This document shows, piece after piece, positions 1 through 9,657 of a DNA stretch of 64,000 nucleotides (positions within the stretch are counted from its first letter, which is position 1; the number at the start of each line of letters is the position of its first letter). The translations under genes were made by a program, and so were the position numbers. The notes below the pieces were generated by a model. That model ran no database searches, was not told the DNA's origin, and worked only from the letters and a program-made list of their open reading frames with translations. Location: positions 416,001-480,000 of the forward strand of contig CAWCNS010000006.1 of assembly GCA_963796965.1 (NCBI GenBank). The letters are read 5' to 3'. The stretch is from Calditrichia bacterium. Lineage in GTDB: Bacteria; Calditrichota; Calditrichia; JAJRVZ01.

Positions 1-1
1 G

Positions 2-1198
2 GCTAAGAATCTTACGATCAAGGATTTTCGCGGTCATGTTAATTGGGTTGGATGGTATGATAATGAAACGGTTTTATACCAATCCGGTGAAGGTGTCTGG
101 TCCACATTAAGTTCTGTGTCTGCCGACGGTGGCGAAAGGGATGTTTTATTAGATTCGAAGGAAAGCGGTATAATATTTAGCAGAATCACATTTAACCGGA
201 CACATCAATTTGCAATGATAGGTTCTTCTTCAAAAATACCGGGGGACATTTATTATTGGGAACCGGATGATAAGATGATAAGATTGACAAAGATTAACCC
301 CTGGTTAGAAGAAAAGAATCTTGGCAGACAAGAAGTCCTTCATTATAATGCCCGCGACGGATTGGAGATTGAAGGTTTGCTCATTTATCCTGTTGGATAT
401 GAAAAGGGTAAAAGGTACCCCTTAATCGTTTATGTCCATGGTGGACCGGAGCATCATCAATCTAATAATTGGTTTACCCGGTATTCAACCCCAGCTCAGG
501 TAATGGCTGGAAAGGGATATGCCATATTTTATCCCAACTACCGTGCGAGCACTGGATATGGTGTCAAATTTAGTATGGAAGGATTTGGAGATCCTGCCGG
601 CAAGGAATTTGATGATATTGCTGATGGTATTGATTATCTGGTTGCAGAAGGAATCGCGGATAAAGAAAAAGTGGGATTAGCTGGCGGTTCTTATGGCGGC
701 TATGCTTCTGGTTGGTTTGCTACTTATTATACAAAGTATGTTAAAGCAGTCTGTATGTTTGTAGGCTTGAGCGATGTAATCAGCAGAATGGGAACGACTG
801 ATATCCCATATGAAGAGTTGTATGTGCATTCTGGTAAAAAGTTGGAAGATATGTGGCAATTGGCGTTAGAGCGGAGTCCAATATATTGGGCACACCAGAG
901 CAAAACGGCAACATTGATCTACGGAGGAGCTGCTGATACAAGGGTACATCCTTCACAAAGCATGGAATTGTATTGGCGGATGAGAATGAATGATCATACA
1001 GCGGTAAGGTTAGTTCAATATCCTGGTGAAAGACACGGCAATTCCAAGCAACCTGGTCGGGCAGATGTTCTCTACCGTCAAATCCAATGGTTCGACTGGT
1101 ATGTAAAAGATGCCAAACCTCTGGATGGACCTATGCCACCTTTAGACATAAGCGATCAATTTGGATTAGATATTCATGAATGTAAATGCAACGAATGA
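2..1198 (+). CDS. S9 family (prolyl oligopeptidase-like) peptidase, 5'-truncated by window edge
   Basis: Frame is open from nt 2; VHGGP, nucleophile elbow GGSYGG, catalytic D (DTRV) and H (GERHG) present. Confidence 0.9.
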   Translation, partial: AKNLTIKDFRGHVNWVGWYDNETVLYQSGEGVWSTLSSVSADGGERDVLLDSKESGIIFSRITFNRTHQFAMIGSSSKIPGDIYYWEPDDKMIRLTKINPWLEEKNLGRQEVLHYNARDGLEIEGLLIYPVGYEKGKRYPLIVYVHGGPEHHQSNNWFTRYSTPAQVMAGKGYAIFYPNYRASTGYGVKFSMEGFGDPAGKEFDDIADGIDYLVAEGIADKEKVGLAGGSYGGYASGWFATYYTKYVKAVCMFVGLSDVISRMGTTDIPYEELYVHSGKKLEDMWQLALERSPIYWAHQSKTATLIYGGAADTRVHPSQSMELYWRMRMNDHTAVRLVQYPGERHGNSKQPGRADVLYRQIQWFDWYVKDAKPLDGPMPPLDISDQFGLDIHECKCNE

Positions 1199-1225
1199 TT
1201 TATTCAAATAGATAAATAAGTATTT

Positions 1226-1262
1226 AAAAAGCAGAGGTGGTAGGCTGTGCCTCTGCTTTTTT
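1226..1262 (+). terminator. Intrinsic terminator-like hairpin
   Basis: aaaaagcagagg...cctctgctttttt directly after the peptidase stop. Confidence 0.7.
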
Positions 1263-1414
1263 ATTAACTTTAAACATTTGTTCCTTCAAAACAGGATCCC
1301 TTGAAAAGCAGATAATCACATTACTTCCAATAAAAAGACGCATCTTTATTTAGTCTCTTTCGTATGTCATACTAAGGTAATCGAGACCATTTAACAAAGT
1401 TGGGGATGGGAAAG

Positions 1415-1687
1415 ATGGAATTATTAACGGTTTTATTTATTGTACTTCTAACACTTGTAATCTTAAAACTTCTATCTATAATATTTCATACCGGATTATT
1501 TCTACTTGTATTACCATTAAAGATTTTAGCGGCAATAATTTCAACCATTGTCGTATTGGTGCTGTTAGTACCGCTTGGTGTTGTTGGCGCTGTAGCCGGG
1601 CTCCTGGTAGCCCCAATTGCTTTGTTAGTTATCTTATTACCAGTTGCTTTAATTGGTTTGGGTCTTTACTTAATCGTCAATAAATAA
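1415..1687 (+). CDS. Small, very hydrophobic membrane protein
   Basis: About 90 aa, almost all L/I/V/A/G; ATG 1415 is in frame with ORF 1400..1687. Confidence 0.6.
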   Translation: MELLTVLFIVLLTLVILKLLSIIFHTGLFLLVLPLKILAAIISTIVVLVLLVPLGVVGAVAGLLVAPIALLVILLPVALIGLGLYLIVNK

Positions 1688-1691
1688 AAAA

Positions 1692-2259
1692 TTAAAACCA
1701 ATCCAAGTCATTTAGATCTTTAATTTCGTCTTTCATTGTAAAATGAAGATCTTCAAAATCTTCAGCTGTTTCTTCAAGATCATCAGCCATTTCTTCGAGC
1801 TTTTCTGAGCGTTCCTCAAGTTCTAATTTTACTTCTTCCATGTCCTCTTCGATGTCATCACTGTCATAGTCTGAAACCATCATTTTGAGTGCACCAGCAG
1901 CAGCAATGATCCCAATTTTCGCTCCTTTGACACCAATAATGGCACCTTCTTTGCCGATTTCCTTCGCTTGCTCTATGATGTCCATAAAATTATCATAATA
2001 ATCGGCGACTAATCTACGTTGATATCTGTCAAGGCTTACACGATTCCCATTTATAAAGAGATTGTAGTCGGGTGTTATTTCTACCCATTGTTCATCATCA
2101 TATTTACAAGTGAGGACAATTATATCATTTTCGATATCAATATGCGCTTCGTCAAGACAGACTTGGTTGGTGATCAGAGTGGCGATATTTTTTCTCTGCT
2201 TTTTCGGCAAAAATAGCAGATATCATAATAAAAGGTAAAACCAGGTAAAGGACTTTCAT
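1692..2259 (-). CDS. DUF2884/YggN-like secreted helical protein, split by a frameshift near 2155-2165
   Basis: AGGAG RBS and ATG 2259 give signal peptide MKVLYLVLPFIMISAIFA; the body (ITPDYNLFINGNRVSLDRYQRRLVADYY, acidic coiled coil) is in the other frame (ORF 1692..2210). Confidence 0.6.
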
Positions 2260-2294
2260 TGATAACTCCTGATATAAGATTGATTTTATTTTGT

Positions 2295-2320
2295 TTACGG
2301 GAAGATCCGGTTGATGTTTC
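2295..2320 (-). promoter_or_regulatory. ECF-sigma-type promoter candidate (GAAAC-N16-CGTAA)
   Basis: Minus strand reads gaaac atcaaccggatcttcc cgtaa, about 35 nt upstream of ATG 2259. Confidence 0.45.
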
Positions 2321-2426
2321 GAAATTCGTGATGCGGGATTAATAATTAACAATTCAGACTATATTTCCATATATTTAGCGCTTTGGATCAGTAAGAGCAG
2401 AAGAAGATTTATAAATTGGAAAACAG

Positions 2427-3563
2427 ATGAATAAAAATATAATTAGAGAAGATATCATGTTTCGTTACCTGGCCGTTTTGACAATCGCCTCTGTGGCCGG
2501 TCATCAAACATGGCGGACATTGTTTAATAATTTCGCAGTGGAAATTGCCCATTTAGATGGTTTTCATATTGGTGTAATACAATCTGCCCGTGAGATACCT
2601 GGATTCCTTGCTCTCTTGGCAATCGCATTGATCCTTATAATTAAGGAGCATCGGCTGGCAGCTATTTCGATTATTATAATGGGATTGGGTATTTCCTTAA
2701 CAGGATTTTTTCCATCCTATATCGGATTAATATTTACTACAATCCTGATGAGTTTTGGATTTCACTATTTTGAGACAACGAATCAATCTCTCACCTTACA
2801 ATATTTTGATAAAAATATATCCCCCTGGATTTTTGGAAAACTTCGAAGTTATGCAGCCATGACAAATATTGGAATTGGTTTGGCTATTTTCCTCTGTACA
2901 ATAATGTTATCCTATCTGCAGATATATATCTTATTAGGTATTGCGGTGGTACTTGTTGGTACCTGGGCATTGTTTCAACAACCAACACGTCAGGATTTAG
3001 TACCGCAACGGAAAAAGATGATATTACGAAAAAAGTATTGGCTCTATTATTTTCTGACCTTTATGGCAGGTGCGCGCCGGCAAATCTTCACCGCATTTGC
3101 GGTATTTTTACTTGTTAAGGTCTTTGAATTTTCCGTGCAAGAAATCACCCTGCTCTTTGTTATAAATAATACAATAAACTATTTTGTAGCACCACTTATT
3201 GGTAAAGCAATTATCCACTTTGGCGAAAGAAAAGTGCTATCGGTAGAATACGCAACTTTAATTATAGTCTTTATTGCTTATGCTTATGTTGATCACAAAT
3301 GGATTGTAGTTTTTCTTTATATCATTGATCATATTGTATTCAACTTCTCTATTGCTATTCGAACATATTTTCAAAAAGTTGGGGATCCAAGGGATATTGC
3401 ACCCAGTATGGCGGTTGGTTTTACCATAAATCATATTGCGGCAGTGGTTATTCCAACTATAGGGGGAATTGTTTGGATGATTGACTATAAGATACCGTTT
3501 TTAATCGGTGCGGTAATGAGTCTGATTTCACTTGCAGCAGTGCAGCTGAATACGAACCAATGA
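2427..3563 (+). CDS. MFS transporter
   Basis: 378 aa with roughly 12 hydrophobic segments in two halves. Confidence 0.8.
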   Translation: MNKNIIREDIMFRYLAVLTIASVAGHQTWRTLFNNFAVEIAHLDGFHIGVIQSAREIPGFLALLAIALILIIKEHRLAAISIIIMGLGISLTGFFPSYIGLIFTTILMSFGFHYFETTNQSLTLQYFDKNISPWIFGKLRSYAAMTNIGIGLAIFLCTIMLSYLQIYILLGIAVVLVGTWALFQQPTRQDLVPQRKKMILRKKYWLYYFLTFMAGARRQIFTAFAVFLLVKVFEFSVQEITLLFVINNTINYFVAPLIGKAIIHFGERKVLSVEYATLIIVFIAYAYVDHKWIVVFLYIIDHIVFNFSIAIRTYFQKVGDPRDIAPSMAVGFTINHIAAVVIPTIGGIVWMIDYKIPFLIGAVMSLISLAAVQLNTNQ

Positions 3564-3658
3564 TGTTGGAAATAAGGTATAAGGGTATATGGACTAAAAC
3601 AGTGATCTGAAAATTGTAGTAGGAATGCCTCATGTCAATTGAGATATTAATGTGAAAT

Positions 3659-3688
3659 TGTAGTGGCCGTTCGCGAACGGCCACTACA
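3659..3688. repeat. GTAG-family REP-like perfect palindrome
   Basis: tgtagtggccgttcgcgaacggccactaca between convergent genes; partial copy at 13191..13214. Confidence 0.8.
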
Positions 3689-3702
3689 TCACACATGTGT
3701 AT

Positions 3703-4656
3703 CTAACGTCCAGATGGTCGTTTTAAATACTTATAAAAATCAGTTTCACTGGATAAGATCAGCCAATCATCAGAATCAAAAGTTGACTCATAAGTTTCCA
3801 TTGTTTTTAGGAAGGAGTAGAAATCCCTTGATTCGGCGCTACGGTTATAAGCATTTGCATAAATCTTAGTCGCTTCTGCATCTGCCCGACCCTTGATTTC
3901 CTGAGAAGTTTTAAAAGCTTCGGAGGTGATTCGCTTTAATTCTCTTTCTTTTTCCCCAAGAATACGTGATGCTTCTCCCTGACCTTGTGAGCGAAATTTG
4001 TCTGCAATACGTTTACGTTCCGTAATCATTCGGTCATAAACTTTTTCTCGCACTTCTTTAACATAATTGATTCGTTTAAAACGCACATCATGGACCTCTA
4101 TTCCAAGATCATCCGTACGTTTGGAGGCAGCATCAAAAATTTCCTTTCTTATTTTTTCACGTCCAAATTTAATGGTTGCTAGTATACCTGTTTCTTCATC
4201 CTTAGCAGCTCCCTCTACTTCAACAACAACCCGGTTGGATGTCCGTACGAGTTCAACCAGATCATGGTTCGCAATTGCATTACGGGTTTCACCATCAAGA
4301 ATATCATCTAAACGAGACTGTGCGCCACGTTCATCGCGCAAACGCTGAAAGAAAAGAAGCGGATCAGTTATACGCCAGCGCGCATAGGTGTTGACCCAGA
4401 TAAACCTTTTATCCTTTGTGGGGACCTGATTTGGATCACCATCCCACTCCAGAAATCTTTTTTCAAAGAAATTAGCATCCTGAATGATTGGTATTTTAAA
4501 ATTAATCCCAGGTGTTGTAATCGGTTCGCCAACCGGTTTCCCAAATTGGGTGATAATAACTTGTTCGGTTTCTTTAACGATGAATGTTGATGAAAAGATG
4601 ATAATTAACCCTAGAAAACTTAAAATGCCTATAATAATCATATTCTTATTTTGCAT
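3703..4656 (-). CDS. hflC: FtsH protease modulator HflC
   Basis: N-terminal TM, SPFH domain (ITQFGKP, YARWRITDPLLF, MITERKRIA, FLKTMETY); follows hflK. Confidence 0.92.
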   Translation of the reverse strand: MQNKNMIIIGILSFLGLIIIFSSTFIVKETEQVIITQFGKPVGEPITTPGINFKIPIIQDANFFEKRFLEWDGDPNQVPTKDKRFIWVNTYARWRITDPLLFFQRLRDERGAQSRLDDILDGETRNAIANHDLVELVRTSNRVVVEVEGAAKDEETGILATIKFGREKIRKEIFDAASKRTDDLGIEVHDVRFKRINYVKEVREKVYDRMITERKRIADKFRSQGQGEASRILGEKERELKRITSEAFKTSQEIKGRADAEATKIYANAYNRSAESRDFYSFLKTMETYESTFDSDDWLILSSETDFYKYLKRPSGR

Positions 4657-5632
4657 TGGTCACCTCCTTCTTTAAATCAAGCAACGGGATGAGACCTTTG
4701 ATATTTTCATCAACGATTAGTTTTTTTCCAACTTTGGGTAATATTTTATTCATGGTTTCCAGATACATACGTTGTGTCGTAACTTCCTTGGCAAGCCGAT
4801 ATTGGTTAAACAACAAATTAAACCTTGTTGCTTCTCCTTTGGCGTGATTGACACGCTCCAAGGCATAACCTTCGGCCTCTTCAATCATCTGCTGTGCTTC
4901 ACCGGTTGCTCTGGGAACCACTTTGTTGTATTCTGCCAGAGCCTGGTTGATTAACTTCTCTCTTTCCTGTTGCGCCTCATTAACTTCATTAAACGAAGGT
5001 TTTACCCGGTCAGGAGGATTCACATCCTGCAGAACAACTTGTTCTACTTTAATACCGGTTTCATACTGATCACAAAGCTCCTGCAATTTGACTTGTACGG
5101 CGACACTAATTTCTTGCCTTCCAACAGTTAAAACCTCATTAACAGTACGATCACCAATGATCTCGCGCATCACGGCTTCTGTCATAGCCCGGAATGTCAT
5201 ACCAATATCTCTTACCTTAAACAAATACTTATAAGGATCTGCAACTCTGTATTGCACAATCCATTCCACCTCCCCGACATTCAAATCTCCGGTAAGCATG
5301 AGCGACTCATCCAGAAAACTTGCCTCTGAATATCGCGTTCGCACACCAACAGATTCCGATCTAAATCCGAATTCCTCCTTCAGTTGTCTCTGAACAGGAA
5401 CTTTTTCCAACTGATCAATGCCAAGAGGCAGTTTAAAATTAAGTCCAGGCTCAGCAATATGAGAAAATTTCCCAAAGCGTAAAATGACCCCGACTTCTTC
5501 AGGATCAATGGTGAAGAAAGAAGAAAAAATAAAGATCAGTGCAAATACACCGATCACACCATATTTAACCAGATTAGGTGATAATTTAGGTACCTTCATC
5601 TGATTAAAATCAAAAACGTCATTTTCTGCCAT
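4646..5632 (-). CDS. hflK: FtsH protease modulator HflK
   Basis: MLTGDLN, LQDVNPP, EAEGY...AKGEA, RMYLETM motifs; paired with hflC. Confidence 0.92.
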   Translation of the reverse strand: MAENDVFDFNQMKVPKLSPNLVKYGVIGVFALIFIFSSFFTIDPEEVGVILRFGKFSHIAEPGLNFKLPLGIDQLEKVPVQRQLKEEFGFRSESVGVRTRYSEASFLDESLMLTGDLNVGEVEWIVQYRVADPYKYLFKVRDIGMTFRAMTEAVMREIIGDRTVNEVLTVGRQEISVAVQVKLQELCDQYETGIKVEQVVLQDVNPPDRVKPSFNEVNEAQQEREKLINQALAEYNKVVPRATGEAQQMIEEAEGYALERVNHAKGEATRFNLLFNQYRLAKEVTTQRMYLETMNKILPKVGKKLIVDENIKGLIPLLDLKKEVTNAK

Positions 5633-5847
5633 TTAACTATACCCTCCTTTTATGATTGTTCTTACTCAAAAATTTTATGTAATGATAATATGTAATTTAA
5701 AAAAGTACTACAGACACATTACTTCGATACTGGGTTCTGGGTGCTCGGTACTGGTCAAATCTATTAATCCTAATACCAGTTAGATACGAGTGCCCAGTGC
5801 CTAGAACCCAGCACTTTTTGATGCTTTAAAATATACACGGACTTTAT

Positions 5848-6190
5848 CTAAATATTCAAATTGTCCGGCAGCCAGAGATATTTTTCCAGATCAATTTTCC
5901 CTGTTGAACTGAAAACGAACACCTTCATTTTCGAGTAGTTTCTTCTGTAGAGAATCATGTTCATTGCGGGAAGTAGAATATGAAATCTTTCCTTTACTAT
6001 TAATTACCCGATGCCAGGGAATGTCATAACCATCGGGCAGCCCGTGTAACGCAAAGCCGACAATTCTGGCGGGCATGCCATAGCCTACTAAAGCTGCAAT
6101 CTGTCCATAGGTGGCAACTTTGCCCGAAGGTATAACGTTGACAATATTATATATTCTTTTAAATGTATCTGTAGATTTTTGCTGGGACAT
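5848..6190 (-). CDS. Alkyltransferase-like (ATL/YbaZ-type, MGMT family) protein; frameshift near the 3' end
   Basis: GKVATYGQIA and PWHRV (Trp in place of the catalytic Cys); removing one T near 5912 restores ...FSSTGKIDLEKYLW... ending at 5848. Confidence 0.8.
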
Positions 6191-6273
6191 TATTTAAATG
6201 TGATCTAAAGTCAGACAAAAAGATAAATCCCGATAAGTAAACGGGGCTTATCTTTGGAGAATATTGTGTGTAT

Positions 6274-7356
6274 TTATCCGTGGTTTCGTTCAAATTCCTG
6301 CATAAAATCTGTCAATGCTCTGACAGCTTCAATGGGAACAGCATTATAGATGCTCGCCCGAATACCACCAACAGAACGATGTCCCTTTAACCCAATCATA
6401 CCCTCAGCGGTAGCTTTTTCTATAAAAACCTTTTCCAGATCTTCGGAAGGAAGACGATAGGTAACATTCATAATTGAACGGCTGTCTGTTTCTACGGTGC
6501 CTTTGTAAAAATCGCTGGAATCGAGGATATTATAAATTAGATCAGCTTTTTCCTGGTTAACTTTCCCTATCTTGTCCAATCCGCCACTCTCTTTAATCCA
6601 TTTTAACACCAGCATATTGATATATATTCCAAAAGTAGGAGGTGTGTTATAGAGAGAATCTTTGCCACCGATTGTTTTATAGCTGATCAGAGTCGGGATA
6701 TTAGATGGACTTTTTTCCATCAGGCCCTCACGGATTATAACAATTGTTACGCCTGAAGGGCCCATGTTTTTCTGTGCTCCCGCATAGATCAGCCCAAATT
6801 TATTTATATCAATAGGACGGCAGCCGATGTCAGAAGACATATCACTTATCAGGGGTATCTTACCTGATTCTGGATAATCTGACCATTGGGTTCCAAATAT
6901 AGTATTATTTGAAGTAATATGTATATATTTTGCTTCCGAATTAATAGTATATGTTTTGGGAATATAGTTAAAATTTTGATCTTCCGAACTGGCGATTACA
7001 TTAATATTTTTACCTAATTTCTCAGCTTCTTGTATCGCCTTTTTTGACCAGGAACCCGTGTTAATATAGTCGGCAGTTTCCTGATCACCAAGAAGGTTTA
7101 AGGGGACAGCAGCAAATTGAAGTGAGGCACCACCCTGCATATAGATAACCTTATAGCCACCCGGTATACCAAATACATCCTTTGCTAATTGTTCAGCCTC
7201 TTTAATAATTGAATCAAATGTTTTGGAGCGATGACTCATTTCCATAACAGAAAGTCCTTCACCCTTATAGCTGAGAAGATCTTCCCTGACCTCTTTTAAG
7301 ACGGAGACGGGTAAGGCGGCAGGACCAGCATTAAAATTATATACACGATTTTCCAT
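6274..7356 (-). CDS. serC: Phosphoserine aminotransferase
   Basis: NFNAGPA, EMSHRS, YAGAQKNMGPSG (PLP Lys), LKGHRSVGGIRASIYN. Confidence 0.97.
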   Translation of the reverse strand: MENRVYNFNAGPAALPVSVLKEVREDLLSYKGEGLSVMEMSHRSKTFDSIIKEAEQLAKDVFGIPGGYKVIYMQGGASLQFAAVPLNLLGDQETADYINTGSWSKKAIQEAEKLGKNINVIASSEDQNFNYIPKTYTINSEAKYIHITSNNTIFGTQWSDYPESGKIPLISDMSSDIGCRPIDINKFGLIYAGAQKNMGPSGVTIVIIREGLMEKSPSNIPTLISYKTIGGKDSLYNTPPTFGIYINMLVLKWIKESGGLDKIGKVNQEKADLIYNILDSSDFYKGTVETDSRSIMNVTYRLPSEDLEKVFIEKATAEGMIGLKGHRSVGGIRASIYNAVPIEAVRALTDFMQEFERNHG

Positions 7357-7562
7357 GTCTACCTCATCAATTGCTGATTTTATGTGCTTAAATTAATTTA
7401 TTTGGTCCTATAAATATACGCATCAGTCACATAGATTAAAAGAATTTGTTTACATAATCATGCAATTCGCAAACATGATTTCCTTGCGACGAGGATCGCG
7501 GTTTTTTATATTGCTCTACGGTTAATATTTACACCACCTTTATCATAAATAGGAGGTTTCCA

Positions 7563-8063
7563 ATGAAAATGTCGGATATGGTTATTGGGGTAGGATTGGT
7601 AATTTTGGGAATATTATTTCTCTCAGAAAATTTTGGATACCTCTCTTTTGATTTTGAGAATGTATGGCCGGTTTTTGTGCTTCTGGCGGGTGTTGGATTT
7701 TGGATTGGATTCTACCAGGATCGAAAAAACTATGGCCTGTTAATGCCCGGTTCCATTCTAATTATATATGGAATACTTTTTCTCTATTGTTCAGTAGAGG
7801 GATGGTACTTAATGAGTTATTGGTGGCCGGTCTTTCCTCTAGGTCCGGGAATAGGTTTCTTTATGATGTATATTTTTGGGGAAAAAGAAAAAGGAATGCT
7901 GATCCCAGCATCCATTTTAAGTGGTATCTCGATCCTTTTTCTTATTGGTTATAGTGGAATCTGGCGATACTGGCCTGTGGTACTGATCATAATAGGACTT
8001 GTGTTGATCTTCAGATATCGGATGGATAAAAAAGTGAAGAGTGAACAGGGAAAAGAGACCTAG
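7563..8063 (+). CDS. LiaF/LiaI-TM (DUF5668-like) membrane protein
   Basis: Repeated 'WPVF/WPVVLIIIG' TM motif; GGAGG RBS. Confidence 0.65.
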   Translation: MKMSDMVIGVGLVILGILFLSENFGYLSFDFENVWPVFVLLAGVGFWIGFYQDRKNYGLLMPGSILIIYGILFLYCSVEGWYLMSYWWPVFPLGPGIGFFMMYIFGEKEKGMLIPASILSGISILFLIGYSGIWRYWPVVLIIIGLVLIFRYRMDKKVKSEQGKET

Positions 8064-8128
8064 AATACCGACGGTGCGAAAGTATTAGGTATAAGGAATT
8101 GGTATATCTATCAGAAAGGTCTTAAATT

Positions 8129-8170
8129 TTTTACCTTTTACCTTTTACCTTTTACCTTTTACCTTTTACC
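8129..8170. repeat. Heptamer tandem repeat (TTTTACC)x6
   Basis: Six perfect copies between convergent genes. Confidence 0.9.
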
Positions 8171-8196
8171 TTTATTTCTAAAACTCCTCTAAGATA

Positions 8197-9477
8197 CTAT
8201 GCCTTCCTATAGGGCAGAGGTTTAGGATCAAGTATATCTCTCAGTTTGTCCATTACAGCATAAGCGCAGAAAAAATTTCCCCTCGGGTTATAATGACCGA
8301 TGTAATACTGATCAATGTAGTCTTTCATTTCCAGATTATATTTTTTGAAATCCTGAGCATGAAATTCCATCAAATCGATAGAGGGCACATTTTTAGTTTT
8401 TAAATAGTTGATAAAACTTTGATCAAAACGTGTTTGTTTCTCAATAAAACGGGCAATCGTTCTTCCAGGATAGGAAAGGATGTACACTACTTTTTTATTG
8501 TTTTCCCTCGCATAATCTTCGATATTGTCAACAATCTTTTGCGTTGAAAACAGGGCCGCTTCCATGTGAATTTTCTCTGCTTCCTCAGCCAGGTTTTCAT
8601 TTTCATCAATTTTGGTTTTAATTCCGTGTGTTTTGATTAATGCCATTAATTCATCATATCCATCTGCCGTATTCCTTGCTTTAGCATTTTCATGGGCGAC
8701 CATTATCTTTAAAACAAAATCATCTTTAAATAACTCATAGGTTTTATCCAAGTCACATAGATGATAGTAGGATTCAGGAGTGGGGCAGGGGTTTGGACAT
8801 TCTTGTATTGTCTGATTTTCCAAGTTCACTTTCAGATAGGGTAAGGTTGCCTCTATATGTTGAGGATGTTTGTTTACCCTTATATTGCGCCAGGAATCCA
8901 GATTCCTTTTATGATCATCTTCATATATATTTATAATGATATAATCCGCAGGCTTTCTTGCTTCTTCTTTCAACATCCGCAGATAGGCCTGGTAAACGGA
9001 CCACCCACCAATACCATAATTACGAATGGGTTCCTGAAGATGGGCTGCCATCACCTCCTGCCAGGTTTCATGATCACTAACCTGATGGCATTGGGTAAAG
9101 CTGTTACCATAGGTATTAATTCGACAGGGTTCTGCCTTGTAGTTACCCATAATTCTCTCACCATCATTATCAACATAGGTATAAGTGGAAAATGAATCAT
9201 TTATCCCATCTTGAAATCTGGCATTTGGAAGTAACCATCCCAATGTGCTATTAAATTTTGAAAAAGGAAAAGCCTTCCCTGCAAACCAATCATCAACTTC
9301 CTTTTTGGTATACAGAATCTGGCTAAGATAGGTACGTTTGTTCATGATCTCCTTATCCTTTGATTGAATTTTGTTGGTAATGAGTGGTTGAGCGGATAAG
9401 TTTGATATGCCGAGGGTTCCTAATCCTAAACCTACAACCGAGGTTTTTTGAAGGAATTCTCTTCTTTTAATTTTCAT
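8197..9477 (-). CDS. Tat-exported hypothetical protein (possibly SGNH-like fold)
   Basis: KRREFLQK twin-arginine signal; YGNSFTQ, NYGIGG and C-terminal GHYNPRGN resemble SGNH blocks. Confidence 0.55.
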   Translation of the reverse strand: MKIKRREFLQKTSVVGLGLGTLGISNLSAQPLITNKIQSKDKEIMNKRTYLSQILYTKKEVDDWFAGKAFPFSKFNSTLGWLLPNARFQDGINDSFSTYTYVDNDGERIMGNYKAEPCRINTYGNSFTQCHQVSDHETWQEVMAAHLQEPIRNYGIGGWSVYQAYLRMLKEEARKPADYIIINIYEDDHKRNLDSWRNIRVNKHPQHIEATLPYLKVNLENQTIQECPNPCPTPESYYHLCDLDKTYELFKDDFVLKIMVAHENAKARNTADGYDELMALIKTHGIKTKIDENENLAEEAEKIHMEAALFSTQKIVDNIEDYARENNKKVVYILSYPGRTIARFIEKQTRFDQSFINYLKTKNVPSIDLMEFHAQDFKKYNLEMKDYIDQYYIGHYNPRGNFFCAYAVMDKLRDILDPKPLPYRKA

Positions 9478-9525
9478 ATATTCTTTCCTGTTTTGTAATG
9501 ATTTACAGAATTGTTTATCCGCTTT

Positions 9526-9625
9526 TTAACCACTAAGTACACCAAGAAGGCACAAAGTACTCAAAGAAAAAATCATAATAAAAACTTTGTGATCTTAGTG
9601 CTTTCTTGGTGTACTTTGTGGTAAA
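9526..9625. repeat. Imperfect palindromic dispersed repeat (ACCACTAAG family), copy 1
   Basis: Self-complementary arms; the first 49 nt match the reverse complement of 51860..51908 with one mismatch. Confidence 0.8.
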
Positions 9626-9657
9626 TTTTTTATTTTTAATATAAAGTAAAAAACAGA

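Noticed and set aside
5848..6190. Active O6-methylguanine methyltransferase (ogt)
   Set aside because: PWHRV replaces PCHRV, so it is the known non-catalytic ATL type.
8129..8170. Possible CRISPR array here or in other repeat regions
   Set aside because: Simple heptamer microsatellite; no repeat-spacer structure or cas genes anywhere in the window.
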